From contig NC_045698.1 in the NCBI RefSeq assembly GCF_009834535.1, positions 2,358,001-2,422,000 of the forward strand: a stretch of DNA of 64,000 nt, in the 5' to 3' direction. Below the pieces are notes generated by a model that was given only the letters and a program-made list of their open reading frames with translations, ran no database searches and was not told where the DNA came from. The first letter of the stretch is position 1. Each line of letters starts with the position of its first letter. The position numbers and the translations under genes were made by a program. This stretch comes from Camelus ferus (Eukaryota). Below are positions 50,720-64,000 of the stretch, piece after piece.

Positions 50720-52946
50720 CAGGGGTGGGGAGGTGGAGAATAGAATAATGTGATAAATCACTATCTTGGTTTCATATTTTAAAGAGATACGTGCTTGTTG
50801 TAAGAGTGAAGAAAGAGCAGGTAAGGCTGGAAGGAATAAAGAGTAAGTGGATTTCTAAATTTATGAGGGGGAGGAGGAATGCGTCAAACCAACAAAAAAT
50901 TCAGGGAGAGGGAAAAGAAGGCAATCAAGTAAATAAATAATAACAACAAAGGGAGATTGAAGGGATATCATTCAAGTGTGCGGATCCTAGCAGCAACTGT
51001 AAAGGAATCAGATTCTTCAGTTCAGAAGCAGAGACCATCTGGCAAGGCTGAAAACCAGACTCTTCACTTCGTGCTGTTAGTAAGCTCTCTATTTCTATGC
51101 CTTCAGGGCTTTATCGGAGTGCCTCACACACAGCGGACACTCGATTTTCAGGAGTAAGTGAATCCACGGAAAGATCTCAAACATTTCTGCTGGGAATGTT
51201 ACTGAGTAGAGACATAATGACCTAGAACTAACATGTTTTGGAAAGTTTTCCAACAATAAGATTGATATAAAAATGATTTGTGCTTAATCCTCAGTTGACC
51301 CGTTAATTCGTTAGAAGATCCATTCTTCTTAACGTTTTTATTAATTGAAATTCTGCTCCACGTAAAACAGCACGTTCTGTAATTAACAGTGCCTCCTGAG
51401 GTGATTTTGTTTTGTTTACTGGAAGGAAGGGAGTTAGTGCAAAGACCAGAAAACTGAGATTCCATTCGTACGTCTTACATTCCTTATCTAGTCATTTCCT
51501 AATTCTAGGCAAAAATGTGTGTTTCTATCATGGCTCATTCTGCCTGGTTTGAGGCTTTTTCTCTGTCTTCACTTGTCCTCTCCAGCTCTAGGCCCTCGGG
51601 CTGATACTCAGTCTCCTGCTGAGCGGTACACTGGGGGGCGTCTCATGCTGGACTCGGTCCCAGCACAGCACTCTTTCCTCCCATCGAGCCCGGAACGTGC
51701 TGGAGATCTCAGCCACGGAGCCTGCTCCCAGGACTCAGTCTGCCCATTTGCACCAGTCGCTGCAAACTCCTGCAGTGCTCCAGTGTGAGGACTGAGCTGC
51801 ATCACTGGGGAGCTTTCATGCAATCACAGATGCCCTGAAAGCAATGGGATGAGAAAGGGAAGTTGTGGCATCACCCACAGGCTCCTGTGTGTCCCTTCTG
51901 TGTCCAGGGCACCGGATGCTCTGCTTACTGTGCAGGAGGGGAACGGCTTTGCAGCCTGGAAGTCCTGTCACTCCCCAGTTGGGGACAGATGGGCAGACTT
52001 GGAGAGCAGGTGGTGTGGTCTGCTCCAGCAGGCCTTCCCATCTGAGCCCACCAAGATGCTCCAGGGAAAACTCTCATCCCCTTTGAGGTGGCAAATAGTG
52101 TTCCCTCTGGCCCACCTGTCCAGGGTGCGGGCCACGAGCTTTCCACACCAGCCATGCACCCCAGAGAGACTGCAGCACCACAGGGCAGGAGTCTGCTGTT
52201 TGCTGGCAGAGCACCACTTGCTGTTGGCTCCAGAACTTTCTTTTAAACAGCAGCGGTCTGTGAGTGCCATGCCTTGTGGTAGGAAAGAAGCAAACGGGCT
52301 GCCTTTGCCTTTGCACGATTTCATTGCGGAGATGCTTCCCCAGTGCACTGTTCTGGAAAAAATTTCCACATAAACAAATTATTAGTTTTGCCAGCCCTCC
52401 TCATAAATGCTTTCCCAGTCTCTTCCAAGAGCCACATATATATGAAGCAGGGATGCAGTTTAGGATTTGAGAAGAAAGTTACGCTGCCAAATAAACCATT
52501 TCATTCAACATTTTAATGGTGCTCCCTTGGCTTTTTCCCCCGGCTGCCACCATGCCTTAGTCATCTGATTATGTATGTGGAGGCAGCTTGGAAATGTCCA
52601 AGCAAAGGTAGATACAAATAATTTTAGATCATCTTCTAGAGATCTTTTTCATTCTTGCAGGAGTAATGAAGCACTCCACACTGCAACTCTCCAAAGTGGA
52701 GTTTCTCCAGGGAACTTTCTGCACAGTCGGGGAGTGCACGGAATGCTGATGACCTGGAATGGTAGCGTCCTTCCAGGAACAGCGTGCGCCCTGGCAGCTC
52801 TGCTGGGAAGGCAGCATCTTACTGCTAAGAATATTCCACGTCTGCTTAGACTGACTCCTTCCCATTTCATAAAACAAGAAATTCTAATGAAGAAATGGAA
52901 AGTTATCCAACGGCATAATTGTTAAGTAGACATTGCTTTTGCCACG

Positions 52947-52985
52947 GAGAGAAAGAGAGAGAGAGAGGGAGAGAGAGAGAGAGAA
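52947..52985. repeat. (GA)n microsatellite
   Basis: gagagaaagagagagagagagggagagagagagagagaa. Confidence 0.9.
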
Positions 52986-53250
52986 GTTTGAAGTTTCTGA
53001 AATAAGCAAAGAGCCAGCTCTGGGTTTGGGGGGTACTGCTCAGACTCCGGGCTTCTCACTCATGGACTCCAGTTGTCTGAGGAAGACCCCCCATCTCCTG
53101 GTGCACTTCTGCTGCATCTGCGTTCTCTATTTGCACCCCCTCAACCCACACCTGTGCAGTGCATGAGATGTGTACCTTTGTGCAGCCGTGTGATCTTACA
53201 AAGATGAGTACTGTTGTCTTGCGTGCATGTACTTCACATGGACACTAATG

Positions 53251-53890
53251 GCATTGCCAGTGGGAATGCAAGTTGGCGTAGGTCCTGGGGAAGACAGTGT
53301 GGAGGTTCCTCAACCACTGAACCTAGAATTACGCTGTGATCCAGCAAATCCATTTCTGAGTGTGTACACAAAAAAAATTGGAAGAAGGACTCAAACAGAT
53401 ATTTGTCAGCCTATGTTCACAGCAGCATCTTTCACAGCAACCAAAAGGCAGAAACAACCCAATTGTCTGTCAGCAGTTGAGTGGGTGAATACAGTGTGCT
53501 CCTGTCCACACCAGGGACTATATTCAGCCTCAAAGAGGCAGGAGATTCTGATACAGGCTACAGCATGGATGAGCCTTAGAGACACTAAGTAAGCTAGACC
53601 AGTCACAAAAGAATAAATGCTGTATGGTCCCACCTACTGAGGTTTCTGGGGACTTCAAATTCATAGAGACAGAAAGCAGAAAGAAGGTGGGGCTGGGGGA
53701 GAGAGGGCTGAGGAGCTGGCGGTTCACGGGGACAGTTCCAATCTGGGGTAATGAAAAAGCTCCGGAGATGGAGGGTGGTGGCTGCACAAATTCGTGAATG
53801 TGCTTAATGACACAGAACTCTGCATGGGTAAGTTGATTTCAACCGTAAATTGTATTTTACGTATTTTACTACCATTTTGTAAAAAAACAA
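53251..53890 (+). mobile_element. L1MB-type 3' fragment nested in an older antisense L1 remnant
   Basis: Translates to LNLELRCDPANPFLSVY...ICQPMFTAASFTATKRQKQP (ORF2p C-terminus); aaattcatagagacagaaag; TSD gacactaatg (53241) / gatactaatg (53891). Confidence 0.85.
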
Positions 53891-53900
53891 GATACTAATG

Positions 53901-54800
53901 ATAAAACGCTTAAACCTCATTTTACTTCAGAGATCTCTCCCTGTTAGGACCGAGTGTTCGTGCGGTCCCGGGCCTCTGGCCGCTGCTACTCACTGTTCCA
54001 TGGTGCGCAATGGCCATGTGTTACCCACCTTTTCCCAAAGTGTCGATATTTACAATCCCTCCGACCCCGTCACCACGCAGGATGCTGCGGGGACACACTG
54101 TGCATGCCCCTTATGTTCTCTCTACTGTCTGCTCCCGGGAGTGGAATTGCTGGCTGCGCTGCTGTATATGCACTAAATTTAACTCAGTCGCGCCAGTTTA
54201 CTCTTTGAAGGGCTGTGAGCATCCCGGGGCCGCCGCAGGATGGGTTGCTTTCCTTCTCCTGCTTAGCTGCCAAAACGTGTCAGCTCAGCTTCCAAATACT
54301 TGCCAGTCCGGTGGGTACAAAGGGAGGTCTTGCTGTTGTAACCTTCAGTTCTCTAGTCACCAATGGACCTGAGCATCTTTTCACGTCTCGTTAGCGTTTC
54401 GGGTTTCCCCGTCCTGAGAATGTCCTCTTCTTGCTCTTTGCCTTCGTGTCTGTTGCGCTTTTGATTTTTGATTTATAGACATTTCTTGCATATTCTAGAT
54501 AACATGGCCCCTGGTTGGTTTTAGACATTGCAGATATATTCTCTCAATCTGTTATCTGTTTCTAACTTGGCCCATGTGTTTTTCATTAAAATCAATCCCT
54601 ATTTAATGTAATAAATTGAACATATTTTCCCTTTGATTAGATCATTTGTTTTCAATCTTTCTTGCCTCATAAAGAAAGTATTTTAACCTATAAATTTTAC
54701 TTTACATACTATTCTAGATGTATCCACACATTTTAAAATACATTATTATGTTGTTCGGTTCTCAATATTTCACAATTTCCTCTATTACTTCCTTTTCTAG
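53901..54800 (-). mobile_element. Ancient L1 (L1ME-type) remnant
   Basis: gggagtggaattgctgg, gagcatcttttcacg, catattctagata motifs of antisense L1 3' ORF2. Confidence 0.55.
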
Positions 54801-54851
54801 CAAAGTGTATATTGTTGAGATCCTAGGAATAGGGGAAGCCTTTGAGTTACA

Positions 54852-55352
54852 CGGGCACACCTCGGAGATACTGCTGGCTTTGTTTCCAAACCAGCACTGT
54901 AATAAAGTGATTATCAAAAAGAAGTCACACAAATTCTTTGGTTTCCCATGCATGTATAAGAGTTATGTTTATACAGTACTGTAGTCTATTAAGTGTGCAA
55001 TAGTACTGGCTGTAAAAACAAAGTCCACACTTTAATTTAAAAAATACTTTATTTTAAAAAAATGCTAACCATTGCCTAAGCTTTCAGCAAGTCAATAGTT
55101 TTGCAATAATCGCATCAATGATCACTGACCACAGACCACTCTAACACATATAAAAGTGAGGGAAATTCTGAAACAGAGTGAGAATTATAAACACAAGACA
55201 CAGAGACACGAAGTAAGCAAATGCCGTTGGAGAAATGACGGGGCTGGATGATTGACTTGCTCAACACAGGGTCGCCACAAATTTTCAGCTTGTAAAAAAC
55301 GCAGTATTTGCGGAGCACAATGGAGTGAAATGCAATAAAGAATGTGTGCTTC
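54852..55352 (-). mobile_element. Internally deleted Tigger1 (TcMar-Tigger DNA transposon, ~500 bp non-autonomous form)
   Basis: Left end cgggcacacctcggagata ~ Tigger1 TIR CAGGCATACCTCGGAGATA; ctgtagtctattaagtgtgcaatag; gacttgctcaacacagggtcgccacaaa; right end gcaataaagaatgtgtgcttcta; no transposase region. Confidence 0.85.
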
Positions 55353-55483
55353 TACCTTACAAAGTAATGTATAGTTTTATTCATTGTAGTAAGAGGACAT
55401 CGTTTTATGACACTGGCTGAGCGCTCATCTGCGGGCTAGCATGCCGGGCAACGTCTGTGCTTGTTCCTCGTACACTCAGAAAC

Positions 55484-55720
55484 CGTGCTCCTCAAACGCT
55501 CCGCGGTGAAGGGCCAGGGATCTGGGTGTCTTGTTTTTGTTAATTTCTAATCAGTTACAGATCGTTATTTTGCAGCATTCAACAAAATGAAATACTGGAA
55601 AATGATCATGTAAGTGGAGGTCTCAACAATAACAAATAGTTATAAGGTTTTAAACACTCTCAGTTTTTATATTTATCTCATTGCAGACGGGAAAGAAACA
55701 GTGGCGGACAGGCGCCAAGT
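55484..55720. mobile_element. hAT-Charlie MER5C-like fragment
   Basis: gtgctcctcaaacgctccgcggtgaagggccag...ctctcagtttttatatttatctcattgcagac...aaacagtggcggacaggcgcc. Confidence 0.55.
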
Positions 55721-56402
55721 AACCAGAAAGACCGTGCCCTCTGTCTGTCAGGGTTAGAGTTCCAGATAAAGTCACTTGAGTTTACTCATTGCATTATTCA
55801 TATAGCCTCTATCTGTTTACTTTTGTATCTTTCAGGTGAAGAAGGGGGTTAAAATCTCCAACTAGTGTTGTTTATACATCTATTTATCTTCTCAGTTCGC
55901 CAGTTGTTTTGCATATTTGAGGACATATTGTTAAGTGCATCTAGATTCACGTAGTCATAAGCTATTTTTATGAGTATAACTTTACTCTTTTTCCTCTGAG
56001 TAATTTTGTCTTGATATTTATTTAGTCAGAAGTTAAAATTGTCATTATATCTTTGTATGGATAATATTCCCCTATCTGTATTTTCCGTCCTTCTGTTTAA
56101 CCTCTCTTCATTCTTTTGGGCTAGTGGATTATCGCGTTAGGAACCCCATCTGGCATCCCTGGTCTTCCCGTTGCTGAGTCCAACACATTCTCACTGATGT
56201 CACTACCATTATATTAGCACTTACTTCTACTCTCAGCTCATGCTTCCAATTTACTCTACTTGTTTATTTTTTACTCCTCTTTCATCTTCTTTATTGGACA
56301 GGTCAGGCTTAAATTACAAGTTGGAATTATATGTTTTATTTTTATTTTTGTCCTGGTTTCCTAGAAATATAAACCCACAATTATGTTTATTATCTTTTAT
56401 CA

Positions 56403-57945
56403 ATTTTTTTTGAATTGAGGTGAAATTTACTTACAATAAAACGCTTGACTCAGGTCTTTAGTTTGATGAGTTTTGGCAGTTGTATACACTCCTGTAATTT
56501 GAACATCTCCTTTACTCCAGAAGCCCTCAAGATCCTTTCAAGTCAGCCTGTCCTGTCCCCCAAGATGGTGGTATTCTGACTTCTACAGATGTCTTTGCCT
56601 GCTCTTGTGCCCCTGATAAGAGGAATTATACAGGTCTTCAGTGTCTGATGTCCATTGTTTAACACTTATTTATAGATCATTCATAGATGCAATTATCTGT
56701 ATTTTATTTCTTTTTATTGCTAAATAGCATTCTGCCCCATGAATTTACACATATACATGGCTTTTAAAATTCCATTCTTTTTTGGTGGACATTAGTGTTA
56801 TTTCCGATTTGGGCTATCATGAACAGAGCTGCTGTATACATTCTTGTATGGTCTTCTTACAGTCATACGTTTTCATTTTTCTTGAGTAAACACCCGCCAG
56901 TGGAACTGGGGGGTCATAGGGTATATGCATGGTTAACTTTTAAAGAAACTAACAGTTCTCCAAAGTGTTGTACCATTTTACACATGTGCTGGCAAAGGAC
57001 GAGATTACCAGTTGCTCCACATTTGTGTTTCTGTTACCTGGCCTTTTAATCATTTCAGTAGCTATGAGATGGTATCTCACTGCAATTCTAATTTTCATTT
57101 CCTTGTTGACTAATACACTGAGCATTTTTCTATGTGCTGGTTGGCCATTCATATACCTTCAAAGGTTATATGCCTATTTAAATTGCTTACTCAATTTAAA
57201 AACATTTGGTTGTATTTTTTGGTTGAACTTTCAAAAATGTTATGTAAACATATTAGATGTACATGTTACCAGGATTTTTTAAGTTTGTGATTTATTGATT
57301 TAATGTCTCAAGGATACCTTTTAATTAGCAGAAATCTTTAATTTTGATGAAGCTGAATAATTGGTTTTATTTTTGGTAGGTTCTACTTTTCATATCCTGT
57401 CCTAGAAATCTGTATCTACCTCAAGACAGAAAATATTCTTATTTTTTCTTCTAGAAACATGAGTTTTGGTTTCACATTTAGGTGTCTGATCACCTTTGGA
57501 TTATTGTTTATGTATGGAGAGAGATGAGATCCAGGTTTCTTTTTTTTTTCCCCCTCTATGTGGCTGTCTATTGTTCCAACAATATTTATTAAAAATACTT
57601 TCTTTTTTTTTTTTGTATTTACTTGCTACTTTGGACGAAAATCAGTCTGCACTATATGTGACCGTCTGCTTGGGCTCTGCCTGCTCTGTTCCACTGACCT
57701 GTTGGCCTGTCCGTATGCCAATATCGAGTGGTCTTGTCGCTTTTCAGTAGGTCTTAAAATCAGATAGTGTCAGTCTTCCAAATACGTTCTTCTTCAAGAT
57801 CATTTTCACTACTCTACATTCTTTACATTTCCATACAGATTGTAAAATCAGCTTACCTATTTCTTTTTTAAAAAAGCCTTCTGGGATTTTGTTAATGTTT
57901 GCATGGAATCTATAGATCAGTTTGGGGAACACTGGCAACCTGACG
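56403..57945 (-). mobile_element. Old L1 (L1MC/L1MD-type), 3' UTR plus decayed ORF2
   Basis: ORF2p-like PKLIYRFHA..KIPEGFF..IGKLILQSVWK..GRLTLSDFKTY and EMKIRIAVRYHL; 3' terminus tttttgaattgaggtgaaattta. Confidence 0.85.
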
Positions 57946-58186
57946 CATTAGAAGATGTCCACGTCTCTGTCAGACGTTCCAAGACTTTAACATGTTCTCA
58001 CGTGCCGTTGAGAGCTTTTCTTTTTGCCTATTTCCTGTTTACATTATGAGGAATTTCTCAAGTCTAGTTTTGGGTGAATATGGATTTATTCGTTTCTTTT
58101 CTTTTATTCTTACTTTTTGTATAAAAACTTTTACTAAATTATCTGATCTCTCTAACCATCTCTTGCAGAACTCTTCTGGATATATT

Positions 58187-58232
58187 CTTATTCTTATTCT
58201 TCTTCTTCTTATTATTATTATTATTATTATAA
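58187..58232. repeat. (CTT)n/(ATT)n microsatellite
   Basis: cttattcttattcttcttcttcttattattattattattattataa. Confidence 0.85.
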
Positions 58233-60336
58233 TATTTTAACATTTGAACCTTCTCCAAGAATGTTTTCAAGATGCATCTTTCTGTATCAAATCCTCTAAG
58301 ATTCTGTGCGTCTGAGGACGTTTTAAATCTGTTTTCACATTTAAACAAGAATTTGACTGGACAGGTGATAACAGTTTGCAGGAACCCCCCGTTAGTTTGG
58401 GAATATTAACTCATGTTCTTCTGCGTCCTGTGTTGCTGTGGGGAAATCTAACAACGTTCTTGTTGTTTCTTTGTAGCTGATTTGCCCTTTTTCTCTTGAA
58501 GCTACTTGATGTTTCCCCTTGTTTTGTTATTCCTACGACGTGTCTTAAATGGGTTTGTTCCCTAGTCCCTTTGGTCCCTGCAAATACTTGCAACATAAGC
58601 TCTTTCGTCTCCATTTTGAACAATGTTCTCTGTGATGTTTTTTCCTCTATTTCACGTGTTTATCTTTTCCTTCATGTTTCTACTTCCTTTGCGTCTTCTC
58701 CTGCCTCCTGGGGAGCTTCTCCGGCCAATCATCTGCGTCGCCTGCCTGTCCTCTGCCCTCCTCGTGTACTGTGGTTTGTGCTTCAACCATTACATTTTTC
58801 ATCATGTTAATATTCTGATATTTTCTGGTCCGGAGGCAAAATGCTCTAGTTTGAATCTAGTTCTCTCACTTCTTCCTTCCCTTCTCCCTTTCTCGTCTTT
58901 CTCTTGCTTCCCCCGGGCCTTCTGTTTCTAATGTCCCGTCTGCAGTATCAGAGACTGACTCGTTCCTTCCCCGTCCTCCTGTGCCGCCTCAGGAGCAGGT
59001 GTCAGTCGTGTGTCCGCCCTTAGTGGACACGCTGTGCTGAGCTTGTGATCACAACACGTGCAGCCTTGTTCCGTGGTTTTCATTATCGTATGTTAACATT
59101 TGACTTTCCTCCTCTTTATAATTTTGTAAAACAAATGGAAGGTTTAAGGAGCTGAGAAAATCAACAAAGACCGTGATGCTGTGAGTGCAGAGAAGAACAC
59201 AGTCCCGTCGAGGTGCGTGTAAGAGATGGAACCAGAACCCGCCCACGTGTAGATGAACGGTGCGTCTGTCCCAGCCTTCCGCCCAGGTGCTGGTACAGGT
59301 AAAACCCCAAGAACAGGGCAACGCCTTTTGAATTCATTGTTTACAATGTATCTAACCTTTCTTTTGTGACGGGAAAACATTTGATTGAAGTTTATAAAAT
59401 TTTTTCAAATTCTGATCGTTTCTGGCCTCTCCATTGATCACACACTCACAATACACTGTTTTGTCCATCATCGGAAGACTCCAACTGGAATGGAATCATG
59501 TCTGATCCAGACACTCTCACACCTGTTGGGAGAATCTTGCCAACTTTCATGGTAAGTGTAGAACTGTTTCTAAAGAGCTTGGGAGGAAAAATTTCCATTT
59601 TGGAAAATGAGGGGTGAAGCTTGTCTCACTAAATTATGACATGTTGGAGTAAATTCTCTATCCTGCTGGTGGGGAGAGGTCTCGTGGCAGGCGGTAGTGA
59701 GATCTCAGAGAGCCTTCAGATCACATCTGTTCTGATTTTATTGGATGGAGCCCTTGTCATTTTAAAATTGGGGATATAAATAAGCACCCTTCAGGGAAAG
59801 GCGTCACAGCACACTTGCACACCTGTCCGTAACCGAGCTGAGCCTCATTTTTCTATCCGAGACATGAAGCAGGGTGAGTTCCTAACGTGAGCAGGTGCTT
59901 CGACCCCCTCACCCTGACGGTGCCTCTCCACGCACAGGTCAGTGCCCTGTCGCCCTGTGCACTGGCCCAGAGGGGACTGGACCCTCCATCCTGTCCTGCA
60001 TTCCGCTTTCATCCTGAACTTCCAGATCCTTCAGACACTAGTGCCAACTCAAACTCACCTTACCAATCAATTACGCCTGTTACGATAAACAGACCTTGCA
60101 CAAGGTAAGAACCCGTCGTGTCAGTTAGATGAGCGCTGTTCTGTAGTGTCTGCTACAGTCTGGGGAGCTGGAGCGGGTGAGAGCCAGCAATGAAACTGCA
60201 ATTAACTTGGACGGAAACAAATCCGGAATCAATTCCATTCTTGAGAAGTTAAAACTGAGGTCTGATAAGCACACTTAGAATGGCTTATTAAAATATGGAA
60301 GACATTTCTTCTTATCCTTATGTTTTTTAATAGCAT

Positions 60337-60662
60337 TGTTGGGGTTGAGAACCTCTTGTCTTGCTGCAGAAAGACTTCAGAGAGAAGGCGTGGAGGCTGA
60401 GGAAGCAAAGCGAGGACTTACTGAGGGACAGGAAGTACGCCCTCAAGGGAAGAGCGGGCAGACCCAGGTGGGTGGCTGCCCCAGGTTTCCTTGGCAAGCT
60501 TGTTAAGTGAGTGTAAAAGTGAACGGGCAGAGTATTCATTGGTGGGAGGGGCTTGGGGTTCTCTTTCCTGATCTTCATTCCAGCCCCACCTTCCCAGGGG
60601 GCGAGGAGGGACTTCCCCACCTTATTACATTCCGATGGGGGTATCATAAGCAAAAGGTTACA
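60337..60662 (-). mobile_element. Probable ERV1-class solo LTR
   Basis: Minus strand runs TGTAAC...CCCCAACA (TG...CA); U5-like ctcagtaagtcctcgctttg...tctttctgcagcaagacaaga; 5' boundary uncertain and no clear TSD. Confidence 0.55.
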
Positions 60663-62724
60663 GTTGGATGGAGGTCATAATTACAGACAGGTTGCATTAG
60701 GATGGTGGGGATTCCTGTCCTGTCCCACCCCTCTGCCTCCAGGACACTTGTCAGCCCAGCAGCTAGGGGTTCACAGCGGTAAGGTCTGCCACCGGGTTAC
60801 AGTCCCCCGCGAGCCATCCGCACACACAGACTCTGCAGCCCGGCTCTGCGCCTCCAGCCGTGCTCTGTGCCTCCTGTGCTCAGACACGGCGTGTAACTCG
60901 TCACGTGCTTTCGTCTTGTGCCCGACTTGGAAAACTGGGACAAGTTTCGTTTCTGATGGGGTCTTTCTGCCCTTGGAGTGGCCGGATACCCTGTAAGAGC
61001 CTTTTCAGTTGGTCTCCGCTTTTGACTTGTTTTTCCTTTGTGATTCCAAAGCCAGGTTTGTGAGGAGCACTGACTCAGAGATTCCAGGCTTGGGTTAGCC
61101 TTGGACACACGCAAATGGCTTAGATGCTGAAATATTCAAATGAAGTCCACAGGAGCGTGACTGTAGCCTGGTGGCAGAGGCACCTGTAGTATCTCGGATC
61201 TGCAAAGCTCACACCTTGAGAACTGTCATTAAGCCTGGAACACAAAGCCAGCCAGCCAGCACAGCTTCTCTGTTACATATTTATGGCGCACAGCAAACCT
61301 CTGCTTTGCTTTCAGAGCTGGTGTGAGGATGGAAGTCCACACAGACGGAGTGAATCCGTGCCAAGGCGGTGGGTCAGGCGCAACGAACCTCACAAAATCA
61401 GAAAAATGTGGGATGTCCCGGAAGCTTTGGTTCCAGGCCCCTCCTGCTCTTCCTCATCAGCTTAAAGAGATTTCTAAAATCGGGTGGCCCACACGGAGCG
61501 AACTTTATTGCTGATACAACCGTGACCTTGCGAGGTAATTAACAAGCTTCATGCATGTCCAAAGGCGGGTGCAGAGGTGGTCTGTAATCTTTCAAGCATT
61601 GAAATATCTCTTTTTCCTTAAAGGAAATTTTAATGAAAGGTGCCATTAAAATGGAAGCCTTTTGTCCAGCCTCAGAATGCCTCAGTGTGGGGTCTCTCCT
61701 GACACATTTACACGCTGCCCCGCGGAGAGTGCGCCCTGGAGGTTCCATAGCCAAAAGCTTGTGTTCCTTTGTCCCTTCCATTCTCCGCAGGGGCTCAGGA
61801 CAAGAACCCAGGAAGCCCTTTGGGGTGGAAGCCCTGCCTCCCGGGAATGGAGCCCAAACCACAAAATCATTTCCTGGGGGTGGTCAGGCAGGTGGATGTG
61901 TGACCAGTGTCAGTGTGGAGGCCCTGCCTGGAAGGACGCTCTGATGGTCCCTGACCGCAAGGGCCACGTTCCTCCCCTTCACTGCTCCATTCAGCGCTTT
62001 CTGCAGACACAGAAAGGCTGTCCACTAGCTTCACTGATCAGGAAGGGAGGTGGGCAGCGTGCGTCACCAGAGGAACCTACTCACGTGATTCAAACGCGGG
62101 CGTGAGACCCCCCTGCACTTGCAAACCACTCTCCATTTGGTGAGCATTTGCTGTGGGTCTTAGGTTTTAAGAACCCAAATTATATCTCTTCCTGATTCGG
62201 TAAATTAGGAATTTGATGGTTTGCACATTTATTTCTAAATCACTTGATTACGTTTTAAAATGCCTTATGCCATGAATTGTGGCTCTTCCGTCCTGAGTCA
62301 GACTCTCCTTTAGGGTGATTCTATTTGCTCCCACTGAATAGAAGTATTACTTGAGTGCGCTCTGGGCCGTAAGTGGGGAGAAAATGGAACAGCCTTCCAG
62401 CCCCCGAAGTATAAATCACACACTCACATGGACACTTTTGTTCGCTTTAAAAAATTCTCCCCGTAAAGCCAGTACTGCCTGCCCAGGAGGCAGGCCCTGT
62501 GCTAGGAGCCTCAGCTCGCAGGGAGTGCCAGGCTAGGCCCAGGGACCCGCTAGGCGAGGCCGCCGGGCTGTCCCCCAGGTGGGCAGATGTGAGCAGACAT
62601 GCAGACTGATGCCGTGGCTGCTCCAATGGGCAGGAATGAGGCTCTGCAGACAGCCAGCCTGCTCTCCCCTCAGGGTTCATCCCTGGCCTCCGGACGTTTG
62701 TGCCAGGGCTCCGCAGGGTCCCGG

Positions 62725-62865
62725 TGAAGCGCTGAGATGCTGAGACAGACTGTCTGGGCTTGAATTCCTGATCTTTGACCCAGTAGTTGTGTGAGCTCCC
62801 TGTGCCTCAGTTTCTTTATCCGTAGAATGGGGATGCCTCCCACACAGGCTAGCCCTTTGAGGACT
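62725..62865 (+). mobile_element. MIR fragment
   Basis: agacagactgtctgggcttgaattcctg...ccctgtgcctcagtttctttatccgtagaatgggga. Confidence 0.75.
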
Positions 62866-64000
62866 GTCTGGAGCCTAGAGGCTGTCATGTCAGTGTTTGA
62901 CAGAAGAACCAGAACATAACTAAGCACAGGGCTTTCGTCCACGGAGCCCTGTTGCAGTGCGCCTCGGTCAGCGGACAGAACAGGTAGCCATTCAGGTTTG
63001 GAGCCACCCCAGGATTTCCAGAAAGCAGCCCTGGGGTATCAATTCCAGGCTCAACAAACCCTCCCTTGGGCAAACCTGCCCCAGGAGGGGGTCTCTCCCC
63101 CCTGACCCGCACATCTCCATGGCTCCGGGAAGCCTGAAGCCCTGCTCCTTCCTCACCTGTTCCTCATGCTGTCTCTTCCTTCTCCAACCTCCAGGCACCA
63201 TGGTTTTTAAATCGATGTGAGTCCCTGTGACTGTTTCTTGTGGAATGACAGGCCTCCAGGGTAGGCGTCTGTGATGCGCGGATGTCTCGTTTGGGTCACA
63301 GGTGTCCATCTTGGTCACGGGTGTCCATCTTAGTCTCGTCACCTGCTGAGACACAGGTGTTAGAATCCGGGGACTCTTGAGGACAAGGTGGGCTTTGGAC
63401 TTACCAAGTCGATCAATTTCCAGTGGTCCAGGATGAACTCAGATTCCTTCTGGATGCCCTGGAACATTGCCCCTGACCTGGATCCAGGGCAGAGGGGCTG
63501 GAACACAAGGAATCCCCTGAGCCTACGTTGAAGGCAGGCTCAGGCTGTGAGGTCATCCAATTTGCAGTGGAAGACAACACAACACAACGTAACATAAAAG
63601 CTTGGTTAAGAGCTTGGCCCCCCGGGTTTACACTGGGCGGGACCTCCTTAGGGTCTCCTGTGAGTGACGCCATGCCTGGGTGGGGGGTGAGCTGCCCCCC
63701 TTGGGGCGTCTTGATAGTGACGTGGACCTGCCATTGAAGCCGCCGCCTCCCCGCCACATTCCTGAGCCCGGGACACTAAATCCGCTCGGGGCTGGCGGAG
63801 GGTGCGTTTGACTCTCTACTGTCCCGCGGGCTGTGGAGAGCATCACAGGTTGGCTGCGTGTTCAAGGTCGAGGAAGGCTGAGAGGAAGCCTTCATGCTGC
63901 AGGGCGCTTCCTCTCTCCTCCATGGTGTTTTGTGGGCTTAAGACTAAGTGGAGGTGGGGTTTCCAGGGGAGGACTCTGTCTGTGGCCGGTGTAAAGTAGG

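Noticed and set aside
63294..63331. 19-bp tandem duplication ggtcac(a/g)ggtgtccatctt
   Set aside because: Only two adjacent copies without spacers; ordinary slippage duplication, not an array
1..64000. CRISPR arrays, operons, rRNA, snRNA, miRNA or other prokaryote-style systems
   Set aside because: None seen; the sequence is mammalian and the only hairpins noticed have stems of 9 bp or less

Overview
This is mammalian genomic DNA, not prokaryotic. It is most likely camelid (alpaca, vicuna or camel), because it carries eight heads of a tRNA-Ala-derived vic-1-type SINE plus artiodactyl-type L1 3' ends, and I saw no Alu, Bov-A or PRE-1. I recognise no protein-coding gene. The ORF track is explained by GC-rich chance ORFs and decayed L1 ORF2 fragments. 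The window is GC/CpG-rich intergenic or intronic sequence containing: SINEs, L1s of several ages (many with visible target-site duplications), L2, MIR, MaLR/ERV solo LTRs, an internally deleted Tigger1, microsatellites, two short CpG-dense patches, and several repeat-free AT-rich blocks with transcription-factor motif clusters. The clearest motif cluster is six TCF/LEF sites in about 260 bp at 16.5-16.8 kb. I found no evidence of a novel biological system; the findings are candidate regulatory elements, possible non-coding exons and retrotransposition oddities. Repeat family names come from recalled consensus sequences, not from a database search, and boundaries without target-site duplications are approximate.
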